DNA from: Perna viridis
Taxonomy: Eukaryota
Direction of reading: 5' to 3'
Assembly (NCBI GenBank): GCA_037379345.1
Contig: CM074520.1
Coordinates: 16,409,488-16,473,487, forward strand
Length of the DNA stretch: 64,000 bases
Position numbers and translations under genes: made by a program. The notes under the pieces were generated by a model. The model ran no database searches and was not told where the DNA came from. It saw only the letters and a list, made by a program, of their open reading frames with translations. Every line of letters starts with the position of its first letter. Positions within the stretch are counted from its first letter, which is position 1. Positions 52,451 through 64,000 of the stretch are shown one piece after another.

Positions 52451-55400
52451 GTAAATAATTATCATATTATGTAATTTTTATGTAAGGGCGAGCGAGTGTG
52501 AAATTTTCAATTTAAGGGGTGCATGCTAACTAACACAAGAAATGTTATCTGTGTAATAACATGTTGTATATAAAGATTGGAGATGAGGGTGGTCCATACT
52601 GAGGTCACGGTCATCAACTGTTAAATTTTACATTTGTATAACAATGTCAGCTGTAGGTGAAACTGTCATAGGACTTGTATTGAGTTACTAATACATTGCT
52701 TGAAATATTATCTTAGAAAATTTGTCTATGGTTTTTGACACTTTTATTGGTGACCTCAATTATGAGCTTTTTAGGATAGCATTGCAGTGCATCATTCTTT
52801 CTTGTGTAAGGTCTATATAATGTTTGCATTTAGTCACTCCTCTGTAAAACCTCCACAGAAAATACTGTAAATGGATTCATTTTTGTGGCTTCAAATTTTT
52901 GTGGATATCAATTATTGTGGTTTTGAAAATGATTACCATTATATTGTGTGAAAATCATTTTTGCGGGTACTATTTCATTTGTTGATTTGTCCACCACAAA
53001 AAATGTATGCAGTATGTTTCGTCCTATCACCTATCTTTTAAGGTTCTACAATGTTATTTTCATTTCAAGTTGAAATTTCTATATTCATCTCAATAGAAAT
53101 AAATAGGAAAGAAAGAACATGCATAGAGGAAAATACAAATCCATTCATTCAAATAAATTAATGTTTCCAAACTTAAGGTCATGTCTATTCCGGTATTTTA
53201 CATTATCAATCAAGGGGGTCTCTTTATTGCTTTACAACTTAACAATCTTATATTACAAACAACTGTAGCAATCCTTTCGACTTAAGTCTCGGTCTTTTAG
53301 TCTTTGTTGCTTGTTAGAAAGCCAGTCTGACTAAGTGGAGAGGATAGGACCAATGTTACTGACATATTGTGGTAAAGGGGTCAGCTAGGTGGAAATCCAC
53401 GTCAATAAAAGTGAATGAAGTACCCTAAAATACTTTACGGAGATTTAAATGTATAATTAATCTTGATCAATCTTATTGTTAAGGGTTGGAAAGGCAATTT
53501 CAGTTTTACATGCATGATGAGGTATATGCTGTATGAAAGGGTAAATTTAGAATTGACACAGATTTAAACTTGCTGATGCATTAAAAGTGTCTGAGTTATG
53601 GTTAGTTAACCTCTTAGTTTTAGTGGAGTCAGAATTTCTTGTTCATAATTTTTTTTATATTTTTGCTCTCTGACTGATTGATGAATTAGTAAAATCAGGA
53701 TTTTTTTTTTTTTTTTTTATGCCCCCACAACGGTTAGTTAAAGTTTCGTTCCGCTATCTGAGTTTTACCATAATTTTGGGCCCTGGACTTAAAAAATTCC
53801 ATGGAAATAACAGTTTTCCGCAGTTTTTTTGTAAACCCATGAAGATATTGAACTGCTTTTTGGTATGTGAGTCTGTCATGATCATTTACAAATCATTCTT
53901 TGCTGTTCATTTCCTCAATTTGTTTTCAAATTTGCAGCAGATAGTCAGCAAATAGAATTTGTTAGTTTTCTGAATATATCACAAATAAATTGTATACCCT
54001 TGAGCTATGATTTTACTCTTATTGTTCCCCGTTTTGTATGTAAATGATTACTATTTGTACCTTATATGGTGTTATCTGATTCATTTAGAAAGTTTTTTTT
54101 CTTGTTGAGTTATTAACTTGTAGACATAAGCAAAGTCAATTTCAAAATAAAAAAAAGAGAGAACCTCTCTTCATTTCTTTCTATGCATTCCCTCAGCTAA
54201 CAGACATAAACAATTTTTCAATTTTAATGGATACTTGGAAAAACATTTTAGACTTGCAATAAATATCCAGTATTGCTTAATGAAAAATATGTGTGATAAG
54301 TTATCAAAAGTTGTAAGTTTTTTCTATACCTATCTCTCCCTTTATAAATACCTGTTATTAGATTTATAATAATTTCTATCATATCTGGTATATTTCAGGA
54401 TATTTCAAGGTGTGAAATGACAACCTTTGACACAAAATAATCTTAAATAAATAGGTGTATTACAATGAATAGATAATTTGTACCAATTTTTCTTCCTACT
54501 TTGTTGACAAAATTTGATTAAGTGGCAAATCATCTTTGGTTAACACTAGGGGGTCTGATGCAAACTTGGTTCACCCCAAATTATCCTTATATTTACATGT
54601 CCTCAGAGCTGTAATACCTAATTCAATGAAAAACAACAAACCTGGGGGTATTTTAGTGTTCTTTGAATAAATAACTATACTAGCGAAGGTGTCGAAAGTA
54701 CAATTTTAATAGCGATTGAAACAACTTCAATTTATCTTGGCTTATAATAAAATGAAATCAATTAAGAGGGAAGATTTGATATAAAGACAAATTTGACATG
54801 ATGAAGCACTCAAGCTTGACCGAGTACTACCTATAGCTAGACAAGTTTATATTAAAAATAATATTTCTATCTTTTATGTTAAATGTATTAACTGTTAGTG
54901 ACCTGGATATTTACCCTGTTTTTAAAACATATTAAGACAGATCGTCATGAGTTTTATGTTCTTTGATCACTAACAAAACAAGGAAAAAGATGTTTCATTG
55001 TAGAAGGTAAATTTTGTTTGCTTTCAGTTATTTTTTCCAAATATTTGTAATGATATGGCATATTTTCTTTGTGTTAAAAAAAGTCCAAGAATGTTTTAGA
55101 CCTTGTAAATTTCAAATGGTTTGAACATTTTTAAGGATGAGTTTTGGGTTTGAGAATTGTTTTTTTACAAAATAATTTCCTCCTATATAAATATATTGAT
55201 TCAGCATACGATTATTAGGCAAAGACAAAAATATGTCTGTTTAAGGTTACCCTATCCACTCTATTTTTCATGCTTACTTAGGACATCTTATTTGTAGTTT
55301 TTTTTTTAAATGTCACTTAACAATCAATTTGTAATCTCAGCACTATTAAAGACATCAAATCCTCCCATAACTTTCTATATAAAATAATTTTGAAAAATAA

Positions 55401-56052
55401 AATGATTTTACCAACCCTATTTTTTTCATCCAATATAAGCTTAAAAAGAACTTGTTTTAAAGCAAATTGTAATTAATTTTCAAGGAAATCTTAAAATGAT
55501 TTATTTGTAAAAGAGAAATCATGAAATGGATGGATCATCAATGATATAAAAAAAAAACATCGACTGAACACATACTACATACTAGGTATATCCATATAAT
55601 GGTCTTCAGCATTGGGATCAGGTTTTCAGGCTTGGTGGGATATGTAACAAAATTTAATTGCCACGGAGAATGATGCAATACTTTTTTTTCTTCAGTATAA
55701 TGAATGGACAATTAGGATTTAAGGCATTTTTTTTTCCAATTTTGATGAAGAATGTATAATTGTTTCACCTTCTCTGAATATTTACCTCTGATGTAACATA
55801 CAGGCACAATTTACTGGTTTCATGGATAAATGCTAAATTGGGAAAGTTAAAAGTTTAAGGTGATTTTAAGACTATGGTAGATTTATTACCAATATTTTTT
55901 TTATATTTATTTAGAACATTTAATTCTTATTTAAGCTGATTATATTATACTAAAAACTTTGGTATGTCTTTAACCATCAGTTGTATGACCCTAAACTGCT
56001 CACTGAAGCATTAGTGCCACTTTGTAAATGTGTTTGTATTATTATTATTTAA

Positions 56053-56655
56053 TTATACCCCCCCCTCCCGCTCCAAGGACAGGGGTAAACTCTTTTACCC
56101 TTGTCTCTGTTTCTTTTCCGTCACACTTTTCTCAACAACTACTCATCACAGCAGCTTGAAATTTTAACACATTCTTCCTGTAGGAATGCTGTATGATGGG
56201 ATTCATTTTTGGAAAAATTTGCTGTTTAATGAGAACTTTATATTAATTTATATTATCCTTTAACTTTATATTTTTGGAAGCTGAAATTTTCATCACATTT
56301 TTCCCATCAACTACTGGTCACAGCAACTCTAAATTTAACATATTCTTCCTGTAGGGATGCCATATGGTGGGATTCATTTTCGGAAAAAACTTCCTTTTTA
56401 ATGGGAACTTAGTTTATTCTTTAACTTTATATTTTTTGAAAGCTGAAATTTTCATTACACATTTCTCAACAACTATTCATCAGAGTGGATTAAAATTTTC
56501 TTACATTCTTCCTGTAGGTATGCCATATGGTGGGATTCATTTTCAGAAATCTTTGACAACAACTTCCTGTTTACTTAGGACTTGTTTATTTCCCTTATAT
56601 CATGATTGAAAATAAGAGTATCGGTTACAGTTAGCAATCACTCAAAGATTTTTTT
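56053..56655 (+). mobile_element. HINE-like element of the TTATACCCCC type with three ~160-170-bp internal units
   Basis: The motif CAACTACT..CA..ATTCTTCCTGTAGG..ATGGTGGGATTCATTTT repeats from ~56131, ~56303 and ~56465; a single-unit relative is at 58788-59040. Confidence 0.7.
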
Positions 56656-58787
56656 TTCTCCAAAACTGGAGAAAAAGGATTGTTTTTATGATTTTCATGT
56701 CAACTTTATTATCAATTGACAACTTGAATGTTGTTAATTGTTCTTCCTGCCTGATATCTGCTATTTCAAACAACTACCATGATACTAAAAAAGATTGTTA
56801 CATCGAAAAAAACGGAATAATGTCGCATCTCAACATCACATCATGCTGTTTTTTTTTTTTTTTTTACTTCAAAACTTCTGTTATTCTGTATGATCTTTCC
56901 CTGAAAAAAGTGATTTTGTAGACATCTTTTATTAATGTGAGCCCATTTACTAAGGGGGCATTGATGATAGCTGCTAACACACTTTTCATTTTGGAAAGTT
57001 TTCTCTACTTTTTAGCTGTGATAAGTTGAATATTTAAAAAAGTAATAAGTCACATATTAGCAAACACCCCTCCCATTTTTCGAAAAATTGAGGTATGACC
57101 CTTGCAATCATGACAACAAATCAACTTATATGCTCATACATGCTAACTTTTGTTTGTGATTTTGTATTTTATTTTATTTTTGTTTGCTTGGCCTAGAATT
57201 GAAAAATTGCAAAGTCATACATGGCATAGATTCACCCATTCTTTCTGCCTATATCATGCAAGATGAAATTTGATGCTGACAATTTTTTTCAATATTTAAT
57301 TTTATTGTATCATTTTACAAGTGTTTTTTGTGTTGAAAAGTTCAGAATTTTTTAAACGTCTAGAATTGACAGTTATTAAAGAAAAAAATATATATAACTT
57401 TGCACCTATGTGAATAATTTAACACCAACCAAATATCTTCTACCAATCAATCCAGTTTTGTTCATCAGGGTTCAAATTGAATTTAGGGAACAAAACTTTC
57501 ATTATAATGAAAATGTTATAACCCTTTAATGTATTTTTAATAAGAGCTGACACTTTGAAGACTGTTTTTCAAGAAAAGGACACAAAGTAAAATTTTTGGA
57601 ACTTTTTTTGACATTAAGTATTTACCTCCCGCTATTTATGACCCTTCATGAAACCATTAATTTCCAACACCCTTATTTGTCAATGAGAAAATCCTCATAA
57701 TAGTTTAATGGATATTTTCACATCAAGTTGAAACGAGTATCTTTGTTCCTACCTATTATTACACAGAACCCATCATTTTTGAAGGCCTATTGATCTTCAA
57801 AGGGCTTCTGTTCCCCATGTAATAGACACCTGTGCTTGAACACCTGACTTGGTAATTAATTAAAGGTATTATTTTCCTCATTAAAGTTTGTCCTTAGGTA
57901 AAGTCAGTTTGACATTCGCATTAGTCTAATGATAAGTTTGTCAAGGAAATATATTCTATGTGACAGAGAACACATCAAGATTTCCTAAAAGAGCTCATAT
58001 ATACTGCATATGACCATATTATATGCTCTAGACAAATAATGTCAAAACTGAAAAATTGACCTTAGACTTTGGCATAATGAATTTAATGAGTGACTGGTTT
58101 ACATGAAAAAAAATGTCGGTTTTTTTTTTTTATGTCATATAATTTTTTATTTTGTGAATGCTAAGCAATGTGTTTGCCATTACTAAATATTACTTTTTAA
58201 ACTTCAAAAATGGCTTATTAAGTTAACCTTAACCACGTTCATGATGAAAGGTGAGCTTTCTTATGGAGACAAATCTTCCATAATTTATTACAGAGACACT
58301 ATAATTACCTATTACTCCTCCAACAAATTGATAACAAATCCAAATTTTGATTATTTATCTATATATTGTAATTTAGTAAATATTTAACTTTCAATTTCAT
58401 GGCTCATTGACCAGCACATGTCTACATATTGTTTGTTGTGACCTTTTCCATGTTTATATACAATACCTGTAGGACTAACCAGGTGTATACCTATATTACT
58501 CCTTTGATCTTGCTGTTTGATCTTTTGTTCTGAACTTTGAACCAAAGTTTGCCTGAATAATATTATAATATTTATTTGATAAGAGTATATTGACAACATA
58601 GACATCCAATTCTCCTTGTGTACTGTCAAGTCCACCGGGTAAAGTACAGCCTGAATGTTTAATGATATTGTCATTATGTTCACATTAGAATCAAAGGAAA
58701 AAAATTCTGAACAGGTCTCTACGAATTGGATTTGTTTAGACTTAAAAGACTGAAAAATAAGGGGACCAGCATTCTTTAGTCTGTTTA

Positions 58788-59040
58788 TTATACCCTTGCT
58801 CTACAGGAGATGGATATACTGTTTTACCTTTGTCTGTCATTCTGTTATTCCCTTACACATTTTTTTTGTAACAAAATTCTCAATTTCTTTAAATCATAGG
58901 CTTTTGATATTTTATACAAAGCTTCATATGGGTATACTGATTTGTAGAATCATTTTCTTACTCATATGATATCTACTTCCCATTTCCCAAGAAAGCGGGG
59001 TATCACTATAAAATTAGCCATCTCTCGTAGATTTCTTATA
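58788..59040 (+). mobile_element. Short HINE-like element
   Basis: TTATACCCTTGCT...ATATACTGTTTTACC start, inverted AGCGGGGTAT near the 3' end, one unit similar to those at 56053-56655. Confidence 0.6.
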
Positions 59041-61232
59041 TTTTTAGTGTTGGTTTCATTGTGGAGAAATCCTAGCATCTCAAATGATACAATATCCCAT
59101 TAGTGTAATACCCATATTTCTAAAATTAAATTTAAATTAATAATTATTGTGTGCATGTATTATTGTGATTTAGTCATTTTTAGCGAAATACAATTTCAAC
59201 AAGATATATCCTAGATTTTGACTTTAGTGGAACTTTAATACAGGTTTAATCAAATATAATCAGAACCCATTTGCATGATTTTTTTTTCCATCCTATGCTA
59301 GTTTCTGAATGGACAGTAATGAACAGATGTTACTTTCTGACAATGTGGATATGATTTACACAGAGTAGATAACAAATTTATACTACACATAGAAATGACA
59401 GATAATTAGCAACAGAATTAACTGTTATCCATTTCACCTGTCAATCTTATCCAAGTAGTGTTTGATTGATGGTGAAAGTGACAACTTTGTGCATCTGGTT
59501 GATTGGGGTTTGGTGTCAATAATAACAACTCTGTGGTGATGAAAAATGAATGTTGTTATATATTTGCTTTGTTTGGTATGGGAGTTATGTCCCTTTGAAT
59601 TCCAGTGTAAAGTACAAATATACATGTAAAAGTGTCAATTAACAATAAAATAATTGTTGTTGTTGGAAACCTTTCCTTTTGATAATACTTAGAGAGTCAC
59701 CACAGTTTTGACAGTATATTTACCTATTTACAAAAATGAAGCAAACTGTCAATTTTTGACTTTGTAAAACTTAGTTGCATTGTTATCACCTAGTGTAATG
59801 TTTAGTAATGCTTTCTGAAGCCTTATTCTTTCAAAACCCAGCAGTATTTTAGCTATAGTAGAAAGGACCAAAAGGGTTACAAAAATATTAAAACAGAAGA
59901 CTTCCTTAAAGGAAAGGAGCCTTTAGGCTTTTAAGAAGAACTTATTTCCCTCCTTGACCCCATGTCAGAAAAATTGAATTCACTATTGTAATAAACATTA
60001 CATCAGGATATCCTTTCTAATGACATGCATACTAAGTTTCATAACTGTATTATTTTTTGTTTCTTCATTATCTTGGATGACTGCCACAGTTTTAATACTG
60101 TCTTATAACTATATGAAAGTAGTTTGAATTGATGTTTTTGTTAGTGCATTTTCTGGTCCATATGTTATACTAAGTATATTGATTAAAATTGAACAAAGTA
60201 GCGTTCATTTCACCATGACAGGCAAAAAATATAACAGATCTATACAAACTTCTTAAAATGTTCATGAAGAAGGAGACATGATTTAGATGTCCTTGCTTGA
60301 AATATCGATGGTGTTCCTTGGGTACAGGTCTTTGTAAGAATAAGACAAAATGTACCAGATCTGAAACCCACTTATCTGACAATATACTTTCACTCAAGGA
60401 GTCTTTTTCTATTCAAGATGTGACTTTTATGACCACTATTTGATCTTTGCCTCACTGGAGATGTTGGAAAATTTCCATAAGAACATTACAGATTGAAGTT
60501 TTAGCAAAGAGTTATCTTCCCCTGAGATGTTCGTTTTAAGTGCATTTCAATGAAATTATAACTCACTTTACCAAAAATTATATGAAATATCTTTTCTTTA
60601 TTCATTGATTCTGATTGTACAAATTGTCAAATTATTTCACTTTCAAAGTGGTGGGTTATTTAATGAATGTACTGTATTTCACCCACTGCCTGATTCTTAC
60701 GGAGACTGGCACTCAGTAGACCAGGAATCCATGCATGAAGTTAAATTATGTATAGAAACCTTATGCAATCTCAGAATTACATTTAGTCTACCAGAATTTC
60801 ATTTCACGCTTGTATTGTCATTTACACAAAATTATCTCATGTCTGTTATGCTTCAATTTAAATTCAAAATTTTCTGCCCAAAATAGATTGATAGCATATA
60901 TTATTGAAGTTACATACTGCTGAGTTGATTGCAAATGGATTACTTCCTGCAGTTTTAACTCGCATCAAGTCAATTAAATCTGCATTCATTTTATTAATGA
61001 TCAGATGAATCCAACTGTACTACAAGTATTGCCTCCTGCCAATTTTAATTTGCATTAAAATCAATTGAATCTGCATTCATTTTATACACATAATCATTTT
61101 GGGATTTAATATCGGTTTAAGCTTAAACTGCAGGTAATTGATAACTAGTTTATCAAAAGTATTTTCTTGTATTTAAATTTGAGTTATCCCCCTTACTACA
61201 TTAATTCACAAGCTGTTTTTTCTCCTTTGCAG

Positions 61233-62885
61233 AATTTGATGCCATTTAGAAATGGAAATGATAGATCAATTCTACTTCCTTCCTTCAGTCAAGACTATGA
61301 GGACATAGATAATGATGACCCCTGGGAGAGAAGGTCAGGAACTATTGACCCCCCACCTGTGGAAAAAATAGAAAAAATCATTAGCTCAACATTAAAAAAT
61401 AACAAAGGACTGCAAAGGTCTCTTACCTCTCCAAATTTTTCATCAAGTAAAAATGGTGTTGACAGAAAAAAATACCAAAGGAGTAAATGTTCTTTGAATA
61501 GTATGGATGATGTTAATTGCAATGAAAGTATTGGTTCTAGCAGTACTTTAGAAAATGTGAATGATGAAATATTTTCTAATGGAAATCATATTTATCAATC
61601 TGTGTGTCGACCAAAACGTGCTAGGAGTCATTCGACAACAGGGATTCAATCTTCGTTAGATGAAAATTTTAACTTTTTAACACAGGATGATAAGCATTCT
61701 AGTTGTCAGTCAATACCATTGTATGCTACCATTGGTACTAATACTTCTGATTCTTTGAAGAGACCGAAAAAGAAGGGAAAAACTAAAGAAAAGGAAACAG
61801 ACAATTGTGTGCAATGTGAAAATAGATTGGAAAATAGACTATCTGCAGTGAAACCAACAAGTTTTCCTGAAAAACTCCACAATATTCATCTTTCGAATTT
61901 TCTCCATGATGAATCACCTGAGATGCAGGTTGTCGTTAATGCCACTAGTCCAGTTATAAGTCGTAGGAGTCGGAGAAACTTCACACGACAACAGAGTGAA
62001 AATAGCACAACCAGTAGTTGTAATGATGAACCTGTTTACGCAGTGCCTGAAATAAAAAGTGTTCACAAAGACATTGTTAAAATAGAAACTGAAACTAAGT
62101 CAGAAATTCTGTTGAATACTGACAAAAAGTCGGATACAATAATGAAACATTCCAATGACTCTTCAGTGAAGGAGGAGAAAAAAGATAAACAAGGGAAAGG
62201 ATTATTAAGGTCAAAATCAAAAAAGAAAAGTAAAGAATCAGAAGATAAAGTAGCGAGTTTATCTTCATCTAAGAAAAACAAAAATAGTGATATTAATTCT
62301 AAGGATAATGCAATGAATGATATTAATTCAAAAGAGTGTAAACTCATGAAAAAGGAACTTTCTAAAACATGGCATGGCATAAGTAGCAGACGATGGAAGA
62401 AATTTTATTCTCCTGTTGCTCAGGCTGTCTGGAATGATATAGAGGGCAAAGGTCAAGATGGCAGCAAAACAGATGGTGAGAGAGAGGAGGAAAATTTGAA
62501 ACTTGGATCAAGTACCATGCCTGGTAAAACTTTACTTGATGAAATGCATAAAAAATATTGTGCATATCAATACAAGGATAGATTAGGATTACCAGATGAC
62601 CTTGAGTTGCCATTGAAATTAAAATCTAGCCCTCCTCCTCCAGATCGTATGAAATCAAAAGCCTGGATCATGAAACATTATGTTATCCCACCAGGTAAAG
62701 GTGCAATTTCCACCCCTTCTAGTCCTGAACAGGCCAAGAAAATTTGGATAAATGATAATAATCAAAGAGAGATAACTCCAGTAGAAACTGTTGACCAGAA
62801 AACTTCCATTTCACAGGAAGGGGCTGTTTCAACTACTAAAGATGAGAGTCAAGGCAGTAGCCCAGATTGTCAAGCAGAGAAAGAG
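61233..62885 (+). CDS. Large internal coding exon, 551 codons, phase 0/0; Ser/Lys/Asp/Glu-rich, probably disordered
   Basis: Within the only long ORF of the window; TTTTTTCTCCTTTGCAG acceptor ends at 61232; GAG|GTTAGT donor at 62886; no folded domain recognised. Confidence 0.9.
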
Positions 62886-63973
62886 GTTAGTATGTAGATT
62901 AATTAAATGATATAATTTCCTCCTTCCTTTCCCTGTTCATTTTATCAAACCAAAACTGTTTTGCTGTACATTATCACAATCGTGTATAGACACACTTGGA
63001 ATGGAATCATTGTGGTACATGTGAAAATGGTATTAAAACTGGTCAATAATGGAAACTTATTTGAAAGGGAAATTTTTAGTGGTTCCATGAAATGGCATTC
63101 TGATTATTATTTTAGATTTAATACAGTGTTCATGTTGGAAAAAGTTCTTTTTATTGTACAGCTTTCTTGATAAATGGTTATTTGTCAAAACCCTGCAGAT
63201 CTGCCAACCAGTACCACATATGTTACTAGTACTACAATTTTAATCACAAAACATGGTTTCTGAAATTGGTTCAATTGAGAATGCAGTATGGTTTTGAGTT
63301 TTTAATTCATATTTTTTTTAAGAATAGCAGTGATTTGCTTAAAACAAGTTGCTAATTGAAGTATATTCAACAAATGGGTAATGCATATCTCTAGCAAGTT
63401 TCTTCTTCAAGTACCAGTTGAAGCAAAGTGATAGTTAAGGTACTAGAATAAAAAATTTTTCTTCCAACCAAAGCATCCTTTCAGGTGGTGAACATTTGGC
63501 ATTGAGTAGAAATTCTATGACATTGTATATGAATTTAGATATAGAATATTATTGTAAACAAGTATACATTTTGTCACATATGGTAACAAGATTATGAAGT
63601 TATTTTTGACTTCAAAAAGTACATTTCATTTGATTTACTATTGCACAAAAAATGCCTTTGGAAAATGAAAATAAACAAGTCTTAAACAGATCCTGTGATC
63701 AAAAGAAATAGTAAATGTCTCCAAGCTGCTACTGTATCAAAATGAATTGAGTACTGATCTATATAGATATCAGGCAGGCAATGTTACATCAAATCATTGT
63801 ACAGAATGTTTGTTGCTGACAATGAACCCTGAACAGATCCTTGCAGCTATTTAACAGTGTGATGACTGATTAAAGTCTGATTGTTGAGAAATCAGTTGCT
63901 GGTGATAGGTGATGTATCTGTTCATGGTTCTGTTACTGAAGATTATATGTGATCAATTCATCTTAATTTTCAG

Positions 63974-64000
63974 AATTTTCATTGGAATGAGTCTAAAATA
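63974..64000 (+). CDS. Start of the next coding exon (NFHWNESKI...), truncated by the window edge
   Basis: TCTTAATTTTCAG acceptor; open in phase 0 as required by the 62885 donor; only 27 nt visible. Confidence 0.55.

Noticed and set aside
956-60886. Remaining 60-100-aa ORFs in the track
   Set aside because: F/L/I/K-rich compositions typical of random AT-rich DNA, many with TTG or GTG starts, and no supporting splice sites or motifs.
61295-62613. Antisense ORFs 61295-61522, 62063-62380 and 62362-62613
   Set aside because: Shadows of the sense coding exon with no independent signals.
61167-62897. Stand-alone 576-aa gene as given by the ORF track
   Set aside because: It starts at TTG in intron-like sequence upstream of a clear acceptor (61232) and stops just after a clear donor (62886); better read as an internal exon.

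Overview
This is AT-rich eukaryotic DNA, not prokaryotic. The repeat repertoire (Kolobok/Tc1-type MITEs, Helentron-associated HINE-like elements, V- and Meta-domain-like SINEs, frequent TACATGTA) points to a mollusc, most likely a bivalve; this is inference. Nearly the whole window looks like the 5' half of one large + strand gene: candidate promoter and non-coding exons at about 0.9-9 kb, a start-codon exon at 40908-41000 (MDIQATDEYKALEIYLRKAQ), and phase-0 coding exons at 41733-42077, 61233-62885 and 63974 onward. A probable alternative first coding exon lies at 52379-52450. The protein appears largely disordered, is rich in phosphotyrosine-type motifs, and I cannot name it. The introns are full of non-autonomous mobile elements. 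The two most notable are (i) a young composite DNA transposon at 1298-3482 with two ~465-bp terminal direct repeats that each carry their own TIRs, matching the KolobokP architecture, and (ii) an intact 508-bp retroposon at 38823-39330 with a 14-bp TSD and no tRNA head, whose 5' end can fold into a pseudoknot plus hairpin (candidate ribozyme or functional RNA). Almost all short ORFs in the supplied track are spurious. I found no rRNA, tRNA or CRISPR array. Family names come from recalled consensus features, not from database searches.
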